Shown in pieces: positions 7,867 through 16,497 of a stretch of 64,000 bases of DNA. A program made the translations under genes and the position numbers. The stretch comes from Abditibacterium sp. (GTDB taxonomy: Bacteria; Armatimonadota; Abditibacteriia; Abditibacteriales; Abditibacteriaceae). The notes beneath the pieces are model-generated. The model saw nothing but the letters and a program-made list of their open reading frames with translations. It was not told the DNA's origin and made no database searches. Within the stretch, counting starts at the first letter, position 1; the number at the start of each line of letters is the position of its first letter. The stretch is from the NCBI GenBank assembly GCA_965199495.1, contig CBDASK010000003.1:2784001-2848000 (forward strand). Direction: 5' to 3'.

Positions 7867-9984
7867 CTATTCCTTGAATGTATCGAAATAATCCTTCACC
7901 GGCTGCTTATACGCGGGCGGCACGGAATCGCGCGAAACGGCGTCTTCGGCGTCCTTTTTATAACTTTGTCCGACATCATAAAGCGGCGTGCTGCTCTGGC
8001 CGCCTTTGCCTTCGCCTTTGGTCGGCAGTTGCTCGACTTCGCCGCTGCCGCCCCATTTGCCTTTGATTTTCGACAATTTCTTCTGCGTCGCCGTCAGTTG
8101 ATTCGTCCACGCATCTTCGTAGCGCCGTTTGTCGCCAGTGCGCGCGCTCTTCGATTTCGAGACGCCGCCGCCACTTTGCACGCCCTGCGCATGGTTGCGT
8201 GGCCCCAGTCCGGCGCCGCCGTCGCTAAACCCGTAAGGATCGGTCGCTTTCAAGTCTTTGCCGGGCGTGACCATGTTGCCCATTTCGCTTTTGCTACCGA
8301 AAGTTCGTCCGCCCGCACTGTTGCCACCGTTCATATTGCCGTTGCCGTTGGCGCCGTTTTCGGCTTGTCGCAGTTTGTCGAGCATCTCTTTCATGTTGCC
8401 CGAACCGCCGCCCCGGCCCTGACGCAGACCGTTGGCCATATCGCGCATCGCGCCCGATGCGCCACTTTGACCCTGTTGCCCTTGTTGTCCCTGTTGCGAT
8501 TGCCCGCCACTGCCTTGCTCGCCCTGTTTGCCCTGACCCTGCGGACTTTGGCCTTTCTGTCCCTGCTGCGATTGTCCCTGTTTGCCATTTTGCTGCGTGC
8601 CCTGCTGACCCTGTTGCGATTGGCCTTGCTTGCCGTCTTTTTGCTGTCCACCCTGCTGCCCGTTTTGTTGTTGCTGGCCCTCTTTACCGTCCTGTTTTTG
8701 CTGGCCGTTTTGGCCCTGTTGCCCCTGCTGACCATCTTTCTTCTGACCTTCCGGCGTCTGCTTCTGGCCGTCTTGCCCACTATTTTGCTCGCCCGGTTTT
8801 TGGCCCTGTTGTTCCTGACGCAATTGGTTAGCGGCGTCTTTCAATTGTTGCGCCGCGTCTTTATTAGCCTGACCGCCGCGCGATTCCAAATCTTTGGCGA
8901 CTTTATCCAAATCCGAGGCGATGTCTTTTTTCTCCTGTTGCCCGACCTGGCCTTTATCCAAACGATCCGCCAATTTGTCCAACTCTTTGGCGGCTTCATC
9001 GTATTTATTGTCCTGCAAATCTTGCTGGACTTTGCGCCCGACTTCCGATTGCAACGGCGTCTGTTTCAGCGCTTCTGGAATTTGCGGCATCGAGCCGCTT
9101 TTGCCCTGATTGCCGGGTTTGGACGAATCTTCCAGTTTCTTCTTGAGTTCGCCGATTTCGGTCAGCGCCGCGCGTTTGGTCATGCGCCCGCGCGCCATCT
9201 TTTTGCCCAATTTATCTAATTTGGCGTTGAGCGCCTTGGCTTCCTCTTCTTTGGGTTTTTCGTCTTTGCGAATTTCCTTGGAAACCGCGACCAATTTTTC
9301 GCCCTCTTTCATAATCGCGACGCGCTCTTTCTTTTGCGCCGCCGTCATCAAAATCGGGTTGTCGGGCAAAAACAGCGCGCCGACAAACGCGAGCGAAAGC
9401 GCCGTCAAAATCTGCGCGCGGCGGTCGAAGCGAAACGGATAAACCCGGCGCGGATCGAGCGATGCCGCGCGCGTGGTTGCATCGCCGACCAAGGCCGGAA
9501 CCAGATTCGTCGCGGGCATCGCGTGTCCGCTCGTGGTGACTGTCTGCGGCAACAACGCGCTTTTGACGCGCCCCAATCGCGAATTACCGGCTTGGACGCG
9601 TTGCGTTTGCCGAATCTCTTCGGGCGCCACAAACGAAAGCGCCGACGACAAACGGTCGTCGAGTTTCAAGGTGTTATCGGCATCTCGCGCGGCGGCGAAG
9701 TTGCCGCGCCGCGCCAAAAAGCCGTTGCGCGCGCCCCACAACAGACAAACGCCGATCATCGCGGCGGGCGCCCAAACCGGGCCATCGGGAATAATATGAA
9801 ACTTATAAAGCGCCACCGACGCAGCAGCCACGGCGACGCCGGGGATGGCGGCACCCACCAAAGCGCGCGTCATTTGTTGCGCGTTGCGGCGGCGCGCCAG
9901 AGCGCTCAGTTTGCTTTGCAAAACCGGCGCGTTTTGCGCGGGCGTTGCGTTTACGGAATCGCGGGGAATATCAGCGGTGGCCAT
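7867..9984 (-). CDS. Membrane-anchored coiled-coil protein with Gln/Gly-rich low-complexity region (MoxR-cluster associated)
   Basis: N-terminal TM segments, LDDRLSSAL, QQGQ repeats, C-terminal VPPAYKQPVKDYF. Confidence 0.75.
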   Translation of the reverse strand: MATADIPRDSVNATPAQNAPVLQSKLSALARRRNAQQMTRALVGAAIPGVAVAAASVALYKFHIIPDGPVWAPAAMIGVCLLWGARNGFLARRGNFAAARDADNTLKLDDRLSSALSFVAPEEIRQTQRVQAGNSRLGRVKSALLPQTVTTSGHAMPATNLVPALVGDATTRAASLDPRRVYPFRFDRRAQILTALSLAFVGALFLPDNPILMTAAQKKERVAIMKEGEKLVAVSKEIRKDEKPKEEEAKALNAKLDKLGKKMARGRMTKRAALTEIGELKKKLEDSSKPGNQGKSGSMPQIPEALKQTPLQSEVGRKVQQDLQDNKYDEAAKELDKLADRLDKGQVGQQEKKDIASDLDKVAKDLESRGGQANKDAAQQLKDAANQLRQEQQGQKPGEQNSGQDGQKQTPEGQKKDGQQGQQGQNGQQKQDGKEGQQQQNGQQGGQQKDGKQGQSQQGQQGTQQNGKQGQSQQGQKGQSPQGQGKQGEQGSGGQSQQGQQGQQGQSGASGAMRDMANGLRQGRGGGSGNMKEMLDKLRQAENGANGNGNMNGGNSAGGRTFGSKSEMGNMVTPGKDLKATDPYGFSDGGAGLGPRNHAQGVQSGGGVSKSKSARTGDKRRYEDAWTNQLTATQKKLSKIKGKWGGSGEVEQLPTKGEGKGGQSSTPLYDVGQSYKKDAEDAVSRDSVPPAYKQPVKDYFDTFKE

Positions 9985-10188
9985 GAGGAAAGAATGAAGG
10001 CTGAAGGATAAGGGATGAAAATTAAAATTCGCTTTATCTTCCAGCGATTCGCGCTCAAATGTGTGTTCTAAGGTTACTCTGTAAACGCGCGCGACACAGA
10101 AAATTTGTTAATCTAAACGGACGATTCGAGCGCCCGATTTGTTCCCGCAGCCGCGTTTAAGCGCATTTAATTGGCGCGCAAATCTTAA

Positions 10189-10331
10189 TTTTATGCAAGC
10201 GACTGAAGTCGCGGCAACATAGGGCAAAGTCCGCCTGCGCGGACTGAGAGCAAACCCTTCAACGTAATAATTTCAGTCCGCGCAGGCGGACTTTGCCCTA
10301 TGTTGCCGCGACTTCAGTCGCTTGCATAAAA
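10189..10331. repeat. Long inverted repeat, family B (59-bp arms, nested hairpins)
   Basis: Arms 10189-10247 and 10273-10331 are exact reverse complements. Confidence 0.9.
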
Positions 10332-10349
10332 TACCGAACCTCTTGCTCA

Positions 10350-11135
10350 ATGCGTTATCTTCGACTTTACCGCGCTTTCGCGCTCAACTGTTTGGCGCGC
10401 ACGATGGAATTTCGCGCGCAGTTTTTCGCGGGCATCATCGGTTACGCGATTTGGACGGGCGTTTCCTTAGTTTTTATCGGCGTCGTCTTCGGCCAAGTCG
10501 GCGCCGTCAAAGGTTGGACGCGCGACCAAATGTGGGTGCTTTACGGCACTTACGTGGTTCTCGAATCGGCCTGTTACGGCGTTTTGGGGCCAAATATGTT
10601 TCGCTTTTCCGGCCTGATTCAAGATGGCGGTTTGGATTTAATTTTGATTAAACCGGTCAACGTCCAATTCTTCGTTTCGACGCGCTATCTCGATCTCAAC
10701 GGCTGCCTCAATTCGGTGATGGGATTCGCCCTCATCGGCATCGGATTAAACCGTCTGGGCGAATTGCCCAATCCGCTCGCGTGGGCGGCGTGGCTGCTGT
10801 TGCTGGTGTGCGGATTTTGCATGGCCTACGCGTTTTGGTTTTGCTGCGTCACTGTCGCGATTTGGGCGGTCAAACTCGAAGGCATCGCCGTGATTTTTGA
10901 CCCGATGATGCAAATGGCGCGCTTTCCCATCCAAATTTATCCGGGCCGCATTCTGACCTTTCTCACCATCGGCTTGCCCGTCGCGTTTCTGACGACGTTT
11001 CCGACGCAAGCGTTATTGGGCCAAATCGGTTGGGAAACCTTGGTCGCCGCCGTCGCGATGGCGGCGACGTTGTTGACGATTTCGCGTTTGTTTTTCAATT
11101 TCGCGTTGCGCAGTTATGGCTCGGCCAGTTCTTGA
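10350..11135 (+). CDS. ABC-2 type transporter permease (DUF990-like)
   Basis: GWT, IQDGGLDLILIKPVN, RFPIQIY, C-terminal YGSASS; ATG at 10350 preferred over the start inside the palindrome. Confidence 0.85.
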   Translation: MRYLRLYRAFALNCLARTMEFRAQFFAGIIGYAIWTGVSLVFIGVVFGQVGAVKGWTRDQMWVLYGTYVVLESACYGVLGPNMFRFSGLIQDGGLDLILIKPVNVQFFVSTRYLDLNGCLNSVMGFALIGIGLNRLGELPNPLAWAAWLLLLVCGFCMAYAFWFCCVTVAIWAVKLEGIAVIFDPMMQMARFPIQIYPGRILTFLTIGLPVAFLTTFPTQALLGQIGWETLVAAVAMAATLLTISRLFFNFALRSYGSASS

Positions 11136-11136
11136 G

Positions 11137-11290
11137 TAGATTAGCCACAGAGTTCACAGAGAACGCACAGAAAGGCACAGAAAAGCGCGAAGAAATTAAA
11201 AATCAGAAGAAAGCATTTTTCTGATTTTTAATTTCTTCGCGCTTTTCTGTGCCTTTCTGTGCGTTCTCTGTGAACTCTGTGGCTAATCTA
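11137..11290. repeat. Long inverted repeat, family C (TTAGCCACAGAG..., 72-bp arms)
   Basis: Arms 11137-11208 and 11219-11290; internal CACAGA(G/A) units. Confidence 0.9.
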
Positions 11291-12856
11291 TTTTTCCGCG
11301 CCCAGATACGAACGCACTTGCTGTTCCTCGAACGCGGCATAAGCCTCGTCATCGCGCGTGACGAAGGAGACGATGATTCCGACGGCAAAGGCCAGCGACA
11401 TCGAGATAATCGTCGGATTCTTCAGCGAAACCGGTGGTGCGCTCGTCATATGAAACACATCTTTCCACACCGTCGGCGATAAAACGATCAAAACGACGGC
11501 GCTGACCAAACCGGTGATCATGCTGGCGACGGCGCCTTGCGTGGTGAGTTTGCGCCACAAAACCGACATCAACAGCGCCGGGAAATTGGCCGAGGCCGCG
11601 ACGGCAAACGCCAATCCGACCATGAACGCGACGTTGACGCTCTTGAACAAAAAGCCCATCACGACGGCGATGAGACCCAACCCCACGGTCGCGATTTTGG
11701 CGACTTTGACTTCGGTTTTTTCGTCCGATTGACCGTTGCGCACGACGCCCGCATACAAATCGTGCGAAATTGCCGACGCGCCCGCCAATGTCAAACCGGC
11801 CACAACCGCCAAAATTGTGGCGAACGCGACGGCGGTTAAAAATCCCAGAAACGGCCCGCCGCCCAGAATCTCGGCCAACAAAGGCGCCGCCATGTTGCTG
11901 CTGAATCCACCTTCGGCTTCCTTTTTGAGCAAGTTCGCACCGACCAGAGCCGCCGCGCCGTAACCGATGGTGAACGTCAAAATGTAAAAATAACCGATGA
12001 AACCGGTGGCGACAAACACCGATTTGCGCGCCTCGCGCGCGTCGGGCACGGTGTAAAAGCGCATCAAAATATGCGGCAATCCAGCGGTGCCAAACATCAA
12101 ACCGAGCGATAGTGAAATCAAGTCAATCGGCGACGTGGCTACGGCCTCGGTCGCGCCCGGTTTTAAGAGTGCCTCACCGTTGGGAAGAGCAGCCACGGCG
12201 CTAAACAGGTTGCCGTAACTCCAATTGAAATGGTTCAAAACTAAGGCAGTTAAAAGCGTTGCACCCGCGATGAGCAGAATCGCTTTGATGATTTGAACCC
12301 ATGTCGTCGCCAGCATGCCGCCGAACAGAACGTAGGCGATCATCAGAAAACCGACGGCGATGAGCGCGGTCTCGTAGGATAAGCCGAACATCAATTTGAT
12401 GAGCGAACCGGCGCCAACCATCTGCGCGGTCAGATAGAAAATCACTGTGACAATTGAGCCAATCGCCGCCATCGTTTTAATCGGCTTCTGTTGCAGACGA
12501 TAGGCGACCACATCAGCGAAGGTATATTTGCCCAGATTGCGCAACGGCTCGGCAATCAAAAACATCACGACCGGCCAGCCGACCAGATAACCGACGCTAT
12601 AAATTAATCCGTTATAACCGCCCGTCGCGACGAGGCCAGCGATGCCTAAAAACGAGGCGGCGCTCATGAAATCGCCCGCCAGCGCGAGTCCGTTTTGGAA
12701 ACCGGAAATGCCGCCGCCCGCCGCGTAAAATTCGGCAGCCGTCTTGGTTTTGCGCGCGGCCCAGTAGGTGATGCCGAGCGTAATGGCGATGAAAAAAAGA
12801 AAAAATGCGATGGCAACCGGTGAAAGTTGGCCAAGCTCCGTTTTAGTTTGAGGCAT
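11288..12856 (-). CDS. actP: Cation/acetate symporter (sodium:solute symporter family)
   Basis: [38 protein letters not shown]485 gene upstream. Confidence 0.9.
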   Translation of the reverse strand: MPQTKTELGQLSPVAIAFFLFFIAITLGITYWAARKTKTAAEFYAAGGGISGFQNGLALAGDFMSAASFLGIAGLVATGGYNGLIYSVGYLVGWPVVMFLIAEPLRNLGKYTFADVVAYRLQQKPIKTMAAIGSIVTVIFYLTAQMVGAGSLIKLMFGLSYETALIAVGFLMIAYVLFGGMLATTWVQIIKAILLIAGATLLTALVLNHFNWSYGNLFSAVAALPNGEALLKPGATEAVATSPIDLISLSLGLMFGTAGLPHILMRFYTVPDAREARKSVFVATGFIGYFYILTFTIGYGAAALVGANLLKKEAEGGFSSNMAAPLLAEILGGGPFLGFLTAVAFATILAVVAGLTLAGASAISHDLYAGVVRNGQSDEKTEVKVAKIATVGLGLIAVVMGFLFKSVNVAFMVGLAFAVAASANFPALLMSVLWRKLTTQGAVASMITGLVSAVVLIVLSPTVWKDVFHMTSAPPVSLKNPTIISMSLAFAVGIIVSFVTRDDEAYAAFEEQQVRSYLGAEK

Positions 12857-12882
12857 AATTAAAGAAAGTTGATTGGGTATTT

Positions 12883-12991
12883 ATGCGATATAAAATCGCA
12901 GCCAAGGAAGTCGTCGGCCTTCGCCGACAGGTGGAACTTGCTTTTGTCGGCGAAGGCCGACGACTTCCTTGGCTGCGATTTTATATCGCAT
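12883..12991. repeat. Long inverted repeat, family B (47-bp arms)
   Basis: Arms 12883-12929 and 12945-12991. Confidence 0.9.
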
Positions 12992-13293
12992 TATCTTTTG
13001 CGCACGCGCGCGATCATCGAGTCGTAGGCGCCGTTGGCCCAGCGCACATAAACGCCCGTCAAAATCCACGCGAAGATAATGATGCCGATGCCAACGGGAA
13101 TGCCCAGCGTCGTCGCGCCCACGCGCGCCGCCAAAACTTCGGGCGCAAACGCCATCAGGAAAATAAAGCCGAAGTAAACGAGGAAAACCAGCGCAGTCAG
13201 CGTCAGCGACAACGAACTTTTGCGGCGCACCAGATCGCGAAATTGCGGGTCGTCCAAACGCGATTTCGATGAAGGTTGAGATTCTTGATTCAT
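12991..13293 (-). CDS. DUF485 (YjcH-like) inner membrane protein
   Basis: FRDLVRRK, two TM helices, YVRWAN..YD; typical actP partner. Confidence 0.9.
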   Translation of the reverse strand: MNQESQPSSKSRLDDPQFRDLVRRKSSLSLTLTALVFLVYFGFIFLMAFAPEVLAARVGATTLGIPVGIGIIIFAWILTGVYVRWANGAYDSMIARVRKR

Positions 13294-13343
13294 AATGAAA
13301 TTGGGTTGCAGAAAATATAACAGAATTCACAAGTGTCGGGTGC

Positions 13344-13390
13344 AAAAGCAAAAAAGCCAGCGAACTGATTTCGCTGGCTTTTTTGCTTTT
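13344..13390. terminator. Intrinsic terminator
   Basis: AAAAAAGCCAGCGAA...TTCGCTGGCTTTTTT hairpin downstream of the GH43 gene. Confidence 0.85.
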
Positions 13391-13396
13391 TGACGT

Positions 13397-14431
13397 TTAT
13401 TTGATCGGCAAAGCCGCGACGCCTTCTTTGGTCATCTTGATTGGCAAAATGTTACCATCTTTGTCGAAAAACATTTCGTCAATGCAGGTCACGCGCGTGT
13501 TGCCATCGTTTTCGCCCAATGGTCGGCGATGATAAACCATGAAATATCTGTCGGTTGCGGGCGTCTTGCCCGGCACATGAATCACCGAGTTATGCCCGGC
13601 GCCGAACGCGATTTGTGGGTCGGGTTGCAAAACTGTCGCGACGCGTTTGAATGGGCCAAATGGTGAATCGGCGACGGCGTAAGCCACATGATAATCCGGG
13701 CCAGTCCAACCGCCCTCGCTCCACATGAAATAATATTTGCCGTCGCGAATGAACATAAACGGCCCCTCGACATAGCCTTCGGGCGTAATTTCTTTGAATT
13801 TTTCGCCGCCTTCCATCGGCACGATAGATTTGAAATCGTCGCTCAATTTGGCGATATTACAATGCCCGTGACCCCCGTAAATTAGATAATATTGGCCGTC
13901 TTTGTCGTGGAACACGAACTGGTCAATCGGCTGGGCGCCGTTGTAAAAGCGGTCAATCAACGGTTTGCCGATGTGATCTTTATACGGGCCTTCGGGCTTA
14001 TCAGCCACGGCGACGCCGATGCCACCCATCTGGTCGCTGTTTTGGATGTCGTTGGCACCAAAAAAGAAGAAGTATTGGCCGTCTTTGCGAATAATCGAAG
14101 GCGCCCACATCGCGCGCTTGGCCCAACCGATGTCGTTCGCCGTCAGAATATTCGGATGCTTCGTCCACGTTACCATATCGGGCGAGGAAAACGCGTCGAA
14201 GTGCGTTTGCTGGTCGTAGCCCGCCGAATAGGTCGGATAAACCCAGTAAGTTTTGTCGAACAAAATGCCTTCGGGGTCGGCATAATTGCCGGGGAAAATC
14301 GGGTTGCCGCCGTCTTTATTGACGACGATGGCGTTAGTCGGCGCCGCGACTTCGGGCGCGGCCATCGCGTTGGTGGCGGTGGCCAAAATCGTGACGCTTA
14401 AAATGGGTTTCAAAAGTTTGGAGATTTTCAT
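13397..14431 (-). CDS. Glycoside hydrolase family 43, secreted
   Basis: YADP, WAP, QPID, YVEGP, GHNS motifs; signal peptide. Confidence 0.9.
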   Translation of the reverse strand: MKISKLLKPILSVTILATATNAMAAPEVAAPTNAIVVNKDGGNPIFPGNYADPEGILFDKTYWVYPTYSAGYDQQTHFDAFSSPDMVTWTKHPNILTANDIGWAKRAMWAPSIIRKDGQYFFFFGANDIQNSDQMGGIGVAVADKPEGPYKDHIGKPLIDRFYNGAQPIDQFVFHDKDGQYYLIYGGHGHCNIAKLSDDFKSIVPMEGGEKFKEITPEGYVEGPFMFIRDGKYYFMWSEGGWTGPDYHVAYAVADSPFGPFKRVATVLQPDPQIAFGAGHNSVIHVPGKTPATDRYFMVYHRRPLGENDGNTRVTCIDEMFFDKDGNILPIKMTKEGVAALPIK

Positions 14432-14492
14432 AGCGTTGTGTTTAATCGAAAGTTAGAAGCGGCAAAACTTGGTTTGGTGTCACTTCAAACGG

Positions 14493-14529
14493 AAAACGGC
14501 GCGCGAAATCTGATTTCGCGCACCGTTTT
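14493..14529. terminator. Intrinsic terminator after pilT
   Basis: AAAACGGCGCGCGAAATC-t-GATTTCGCGCACCGTTTT. Confidence 0.75.
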
Positions 14530-14542
14530 TGCGAACTCACGC

Positions 14543-16090
14543 CTAACCTTCGGGCACATCGCCCGGATCGTAATCTATGCCGTTGGCTTGATAAGCGCCA
14601 AGCAAATCAATTTTCGCCACCGATTTGACGTAGCCCTCGTGCGGATCAACGCGGCCCGAAAGAACGTGTTTGAGAATCGAATCGTTCATCGGCACCATGC
14701 CCAGACTTTTGCCGATCTGAATTTGTGAGGGCAACTGGAAAGTTTTGCCTTCGCGAATCAGGTTGGCGACCGATGACGGACAGAGCAAAATTTCGTGCGC
14801 CGCGACGCGTTTGCCGTCCTTAGTGCGCAATAGGTTCTGCGCGATAACGCCTTTTAAACTTTCCGACAGCATCACGCGAATCTGCGATTGTTGGTCGGCG
14901 GGGAACTGGTCAATGATGCGATCCACCGTAGACGGCGCTGTGGTTGTATGGAGCGTGCCGAAAACTAAGTGGCCTGTTTCGGCGGTCTCAATAGCAATCG
15001 CGATAGTTTCCAAATCGCGCATTTCGCCGACCAAAACGATGTCAGGGTCTTCGCGTAGCGCCGCACGAAGCGCGCGTTTGAAGCTCTCGGTATGAACGTG
15101 AACTTCGCGTTGGTTGACCAGACATTTGATGTTCTTGTGAACGAACTCAACCGGGTCTTCGATGGTGATAATGTGGTCGTTACGATTTTTGTTGATGTAA
15201 TCAATCAGCGCCGCCAGCGTGGTAGATTTGCCACTTCCCGTCGGGCCGGTGACGACGACCAAGCCTTTGGACAGTTGACACAAATCGAGCATTGCTTTGG
15301 GCAAATCGAGCTGTTTGACGGTCAAAACGTCCGAGGGAATCAAACGAAAAACCGCGCCCATGCCCATTCTATCCATGAAAAAGTTGCAGCGAAAACGCGC
15401 GACATCGGCGATTTCATAGGCGAAGTCGGTGTCGCCGTCGTCCTCGAACTGCTCGCGATTGCGAAGCGGCGCGATTTCGTAAAGCACCTTTTTCAGCATA
15501 TCGTGGTCGTGAACCGCGTATTCGTCAATGTTCACCATGTTGCCATGAACACGTAACATCGGCGTTTGGTTGCTCGACAGATGCAGATCGGACGCCTCGA
15601 CCTCTTTCATGTGACGAAACAGTTCGTCTATGTGGCCGATTGTTCTGGTTCCCGTCGGGCCTTTGGGTTGCGCGGGCGCTTGGCTCATCGCCACTTGTGG
15701 TGCCGGTGGCTGCTCTTGGGCGGCGTAGTACGCGGTGTTGTTGGCCGCGCCATTTGTCGGTTCGGGCGCGGGCGGTCGGGCGCCGTTTCCATTGGCGCCA
15801 TCGGGAATAATGACGACTTGCAGTTGGCCCGCGCCGCGCATCACGCGGATTTCGACGGCTCCGTGGGGCGATTGGTAAGGAAACTCGAAATGGCCATCCT
15901 GTCCCATTTTGGGGCGCATATCGGGCGGCGTGATTTCCTGCACGAGGGATTGCAATTGCGCGCCCGGAATGGATTGCCCGCTCTTTTGCTGACCGTCAAT
16001 GGTGAAACTGAACGGTTTGTCGTTGACAAGCATCGCGCGATCCGCGTGCTGCTTCGTCATCATACCGATGAGGTTATCGATTTGTGCCAT
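14543..16090 (-). CDS. pilT: Type IV pilus retraction ATPase PilT with extra N-terminal domain
   Basis: ASDLHL, GPTGSGKSTT, TIEDPVE, LREDPD, GEMRD, AETGHLVFGTLHT, ANLIRE. Confidence 0.9.
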   Translation of the reverse strand: MAQIDNLIGMMTKQHADRAMLVNDKPFSFTIDGQQKSGQSIPGAQLQSLVQEITPPDMRPKMGQDGHFEFPYQSPHGAVEIRVMRGAGQLQVVIIPDGANGNGARPPAPEPTNGAANNTAYYAAQEQPPAPQVAMSQAPAQPKGPTGTRTIGHIDELFRHMKEVEASDLHLSSNQTPMLRVHGNMVNIDEYAVHDHDMLKKVLYEIAPLRNREQFEDDGDTDFAYEIADVARFRCNFFMDRMGMGAVFRLIPSDVLTVKQLDLPKAMLDLCQLSKGLVVVTGPTGSGKSTTLAALIDYINKNRNDHIITIEDPVEFVHKNIKCLVNQREVHVHTESFKRALRAALREDPDIVLVGEMRDLETIAIAIETAETGHLVFGTLHTTTAPSTVDRIIDQFPADQQSQIRVMLSESLKGVIAQNLLRTKDGKRVAAHEILLCPSSVANLIREGKTFQLPSQIQIGKSLGMVPMNDSILKHVLSGRVDPHEGYVKSVAKIDLLGAYQANGIDYDPGDVPEG

Positions 16091-16150
16091 GAGATTGAAT
16101 CGGGGAAATAACTGCAATCTCAGTTTAAGCGAAAAGGCTGGCGGGTGAAT

Positions 16151-16209
16151 GATAAAAAAATAAGCAGCAAGCTCTAAAACTTAGTAGAGCTTGCTGCTTA
16201 TTTTTTATC
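16151..16209. terminator. Intrinsic terminator
   Basis: AAAAAAATAAGCAGCAAGCTCTA...TAGAGCTTGCTGCTTATTTTTT. Confidence 0.8.
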
Positions 16210-16215
16210 TTTGTC

Positions 16216-16464
16216 CTATTCTTCTTTTTGCCCCGTGGCTTCTTCCGCCGCTTGAAAGCCGATTTTGGTATGCGTGCCGTCGCAAAATGGCTGCGTGGAC
16301 GAAGCGCCACAACGACAGAGCGCGAACATTTTCGGGTTGGGCGGCGTGACGGTTTCGCCATCGCTCCACTCGATTTGCAGTTCGCCGTTGGGATCAGCCA
16401 CGCGGAGCGGCCCTTTGCGTGTGACCGTGAGTTTAACTTTGGATTCGGATTGATTTTGTGACAT
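16216..16464 (-). CDS. CDGSH iron-sulfur domain protein
   Basis: KGPL...ALCRCGASSTQPFCDGTH. Confidence 0.9.
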   Translation of the reverse strand: MSQNQSESKVKLTVTRKGPLRVADPNGELQIEWSDGETVTPPNPKMFALCRCGASSTQPFCDGTHTKIGFQAAEEATGQKEE

Positions 16465-16497
16465 AACGGCGCGCGTAAAGAGCGATATTTGGGCCGC

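Noticed and set aside
7780..9219. 479-aa Leu-rich ORF on the + strand
   Set aside because: Antisense shadow of the Gln/Gly-rich gene 7867-9984 (-)
10293..10349. N-terminal extension of the ABC permease
   Set aside because: Lies within the family B palindrome; the family-typical start is ATG 10350
11115..11135. C-terminal YGSASS of the ABC permease as a third example of the S-x-G-x-S tail
   Set aside because: Does not match the pattern and is a family-typical ending of an integral membrane protein
11030..11388. Small ORFs sharing LATEFTENAQKGTEK on both strands
   Set aside because: Artefact of translating the perfect palindrome; the same applies to MRYKIAAKEVVG (12883), NRTxSGSDAANL (50148) and the ORFs at 33624 and 38391
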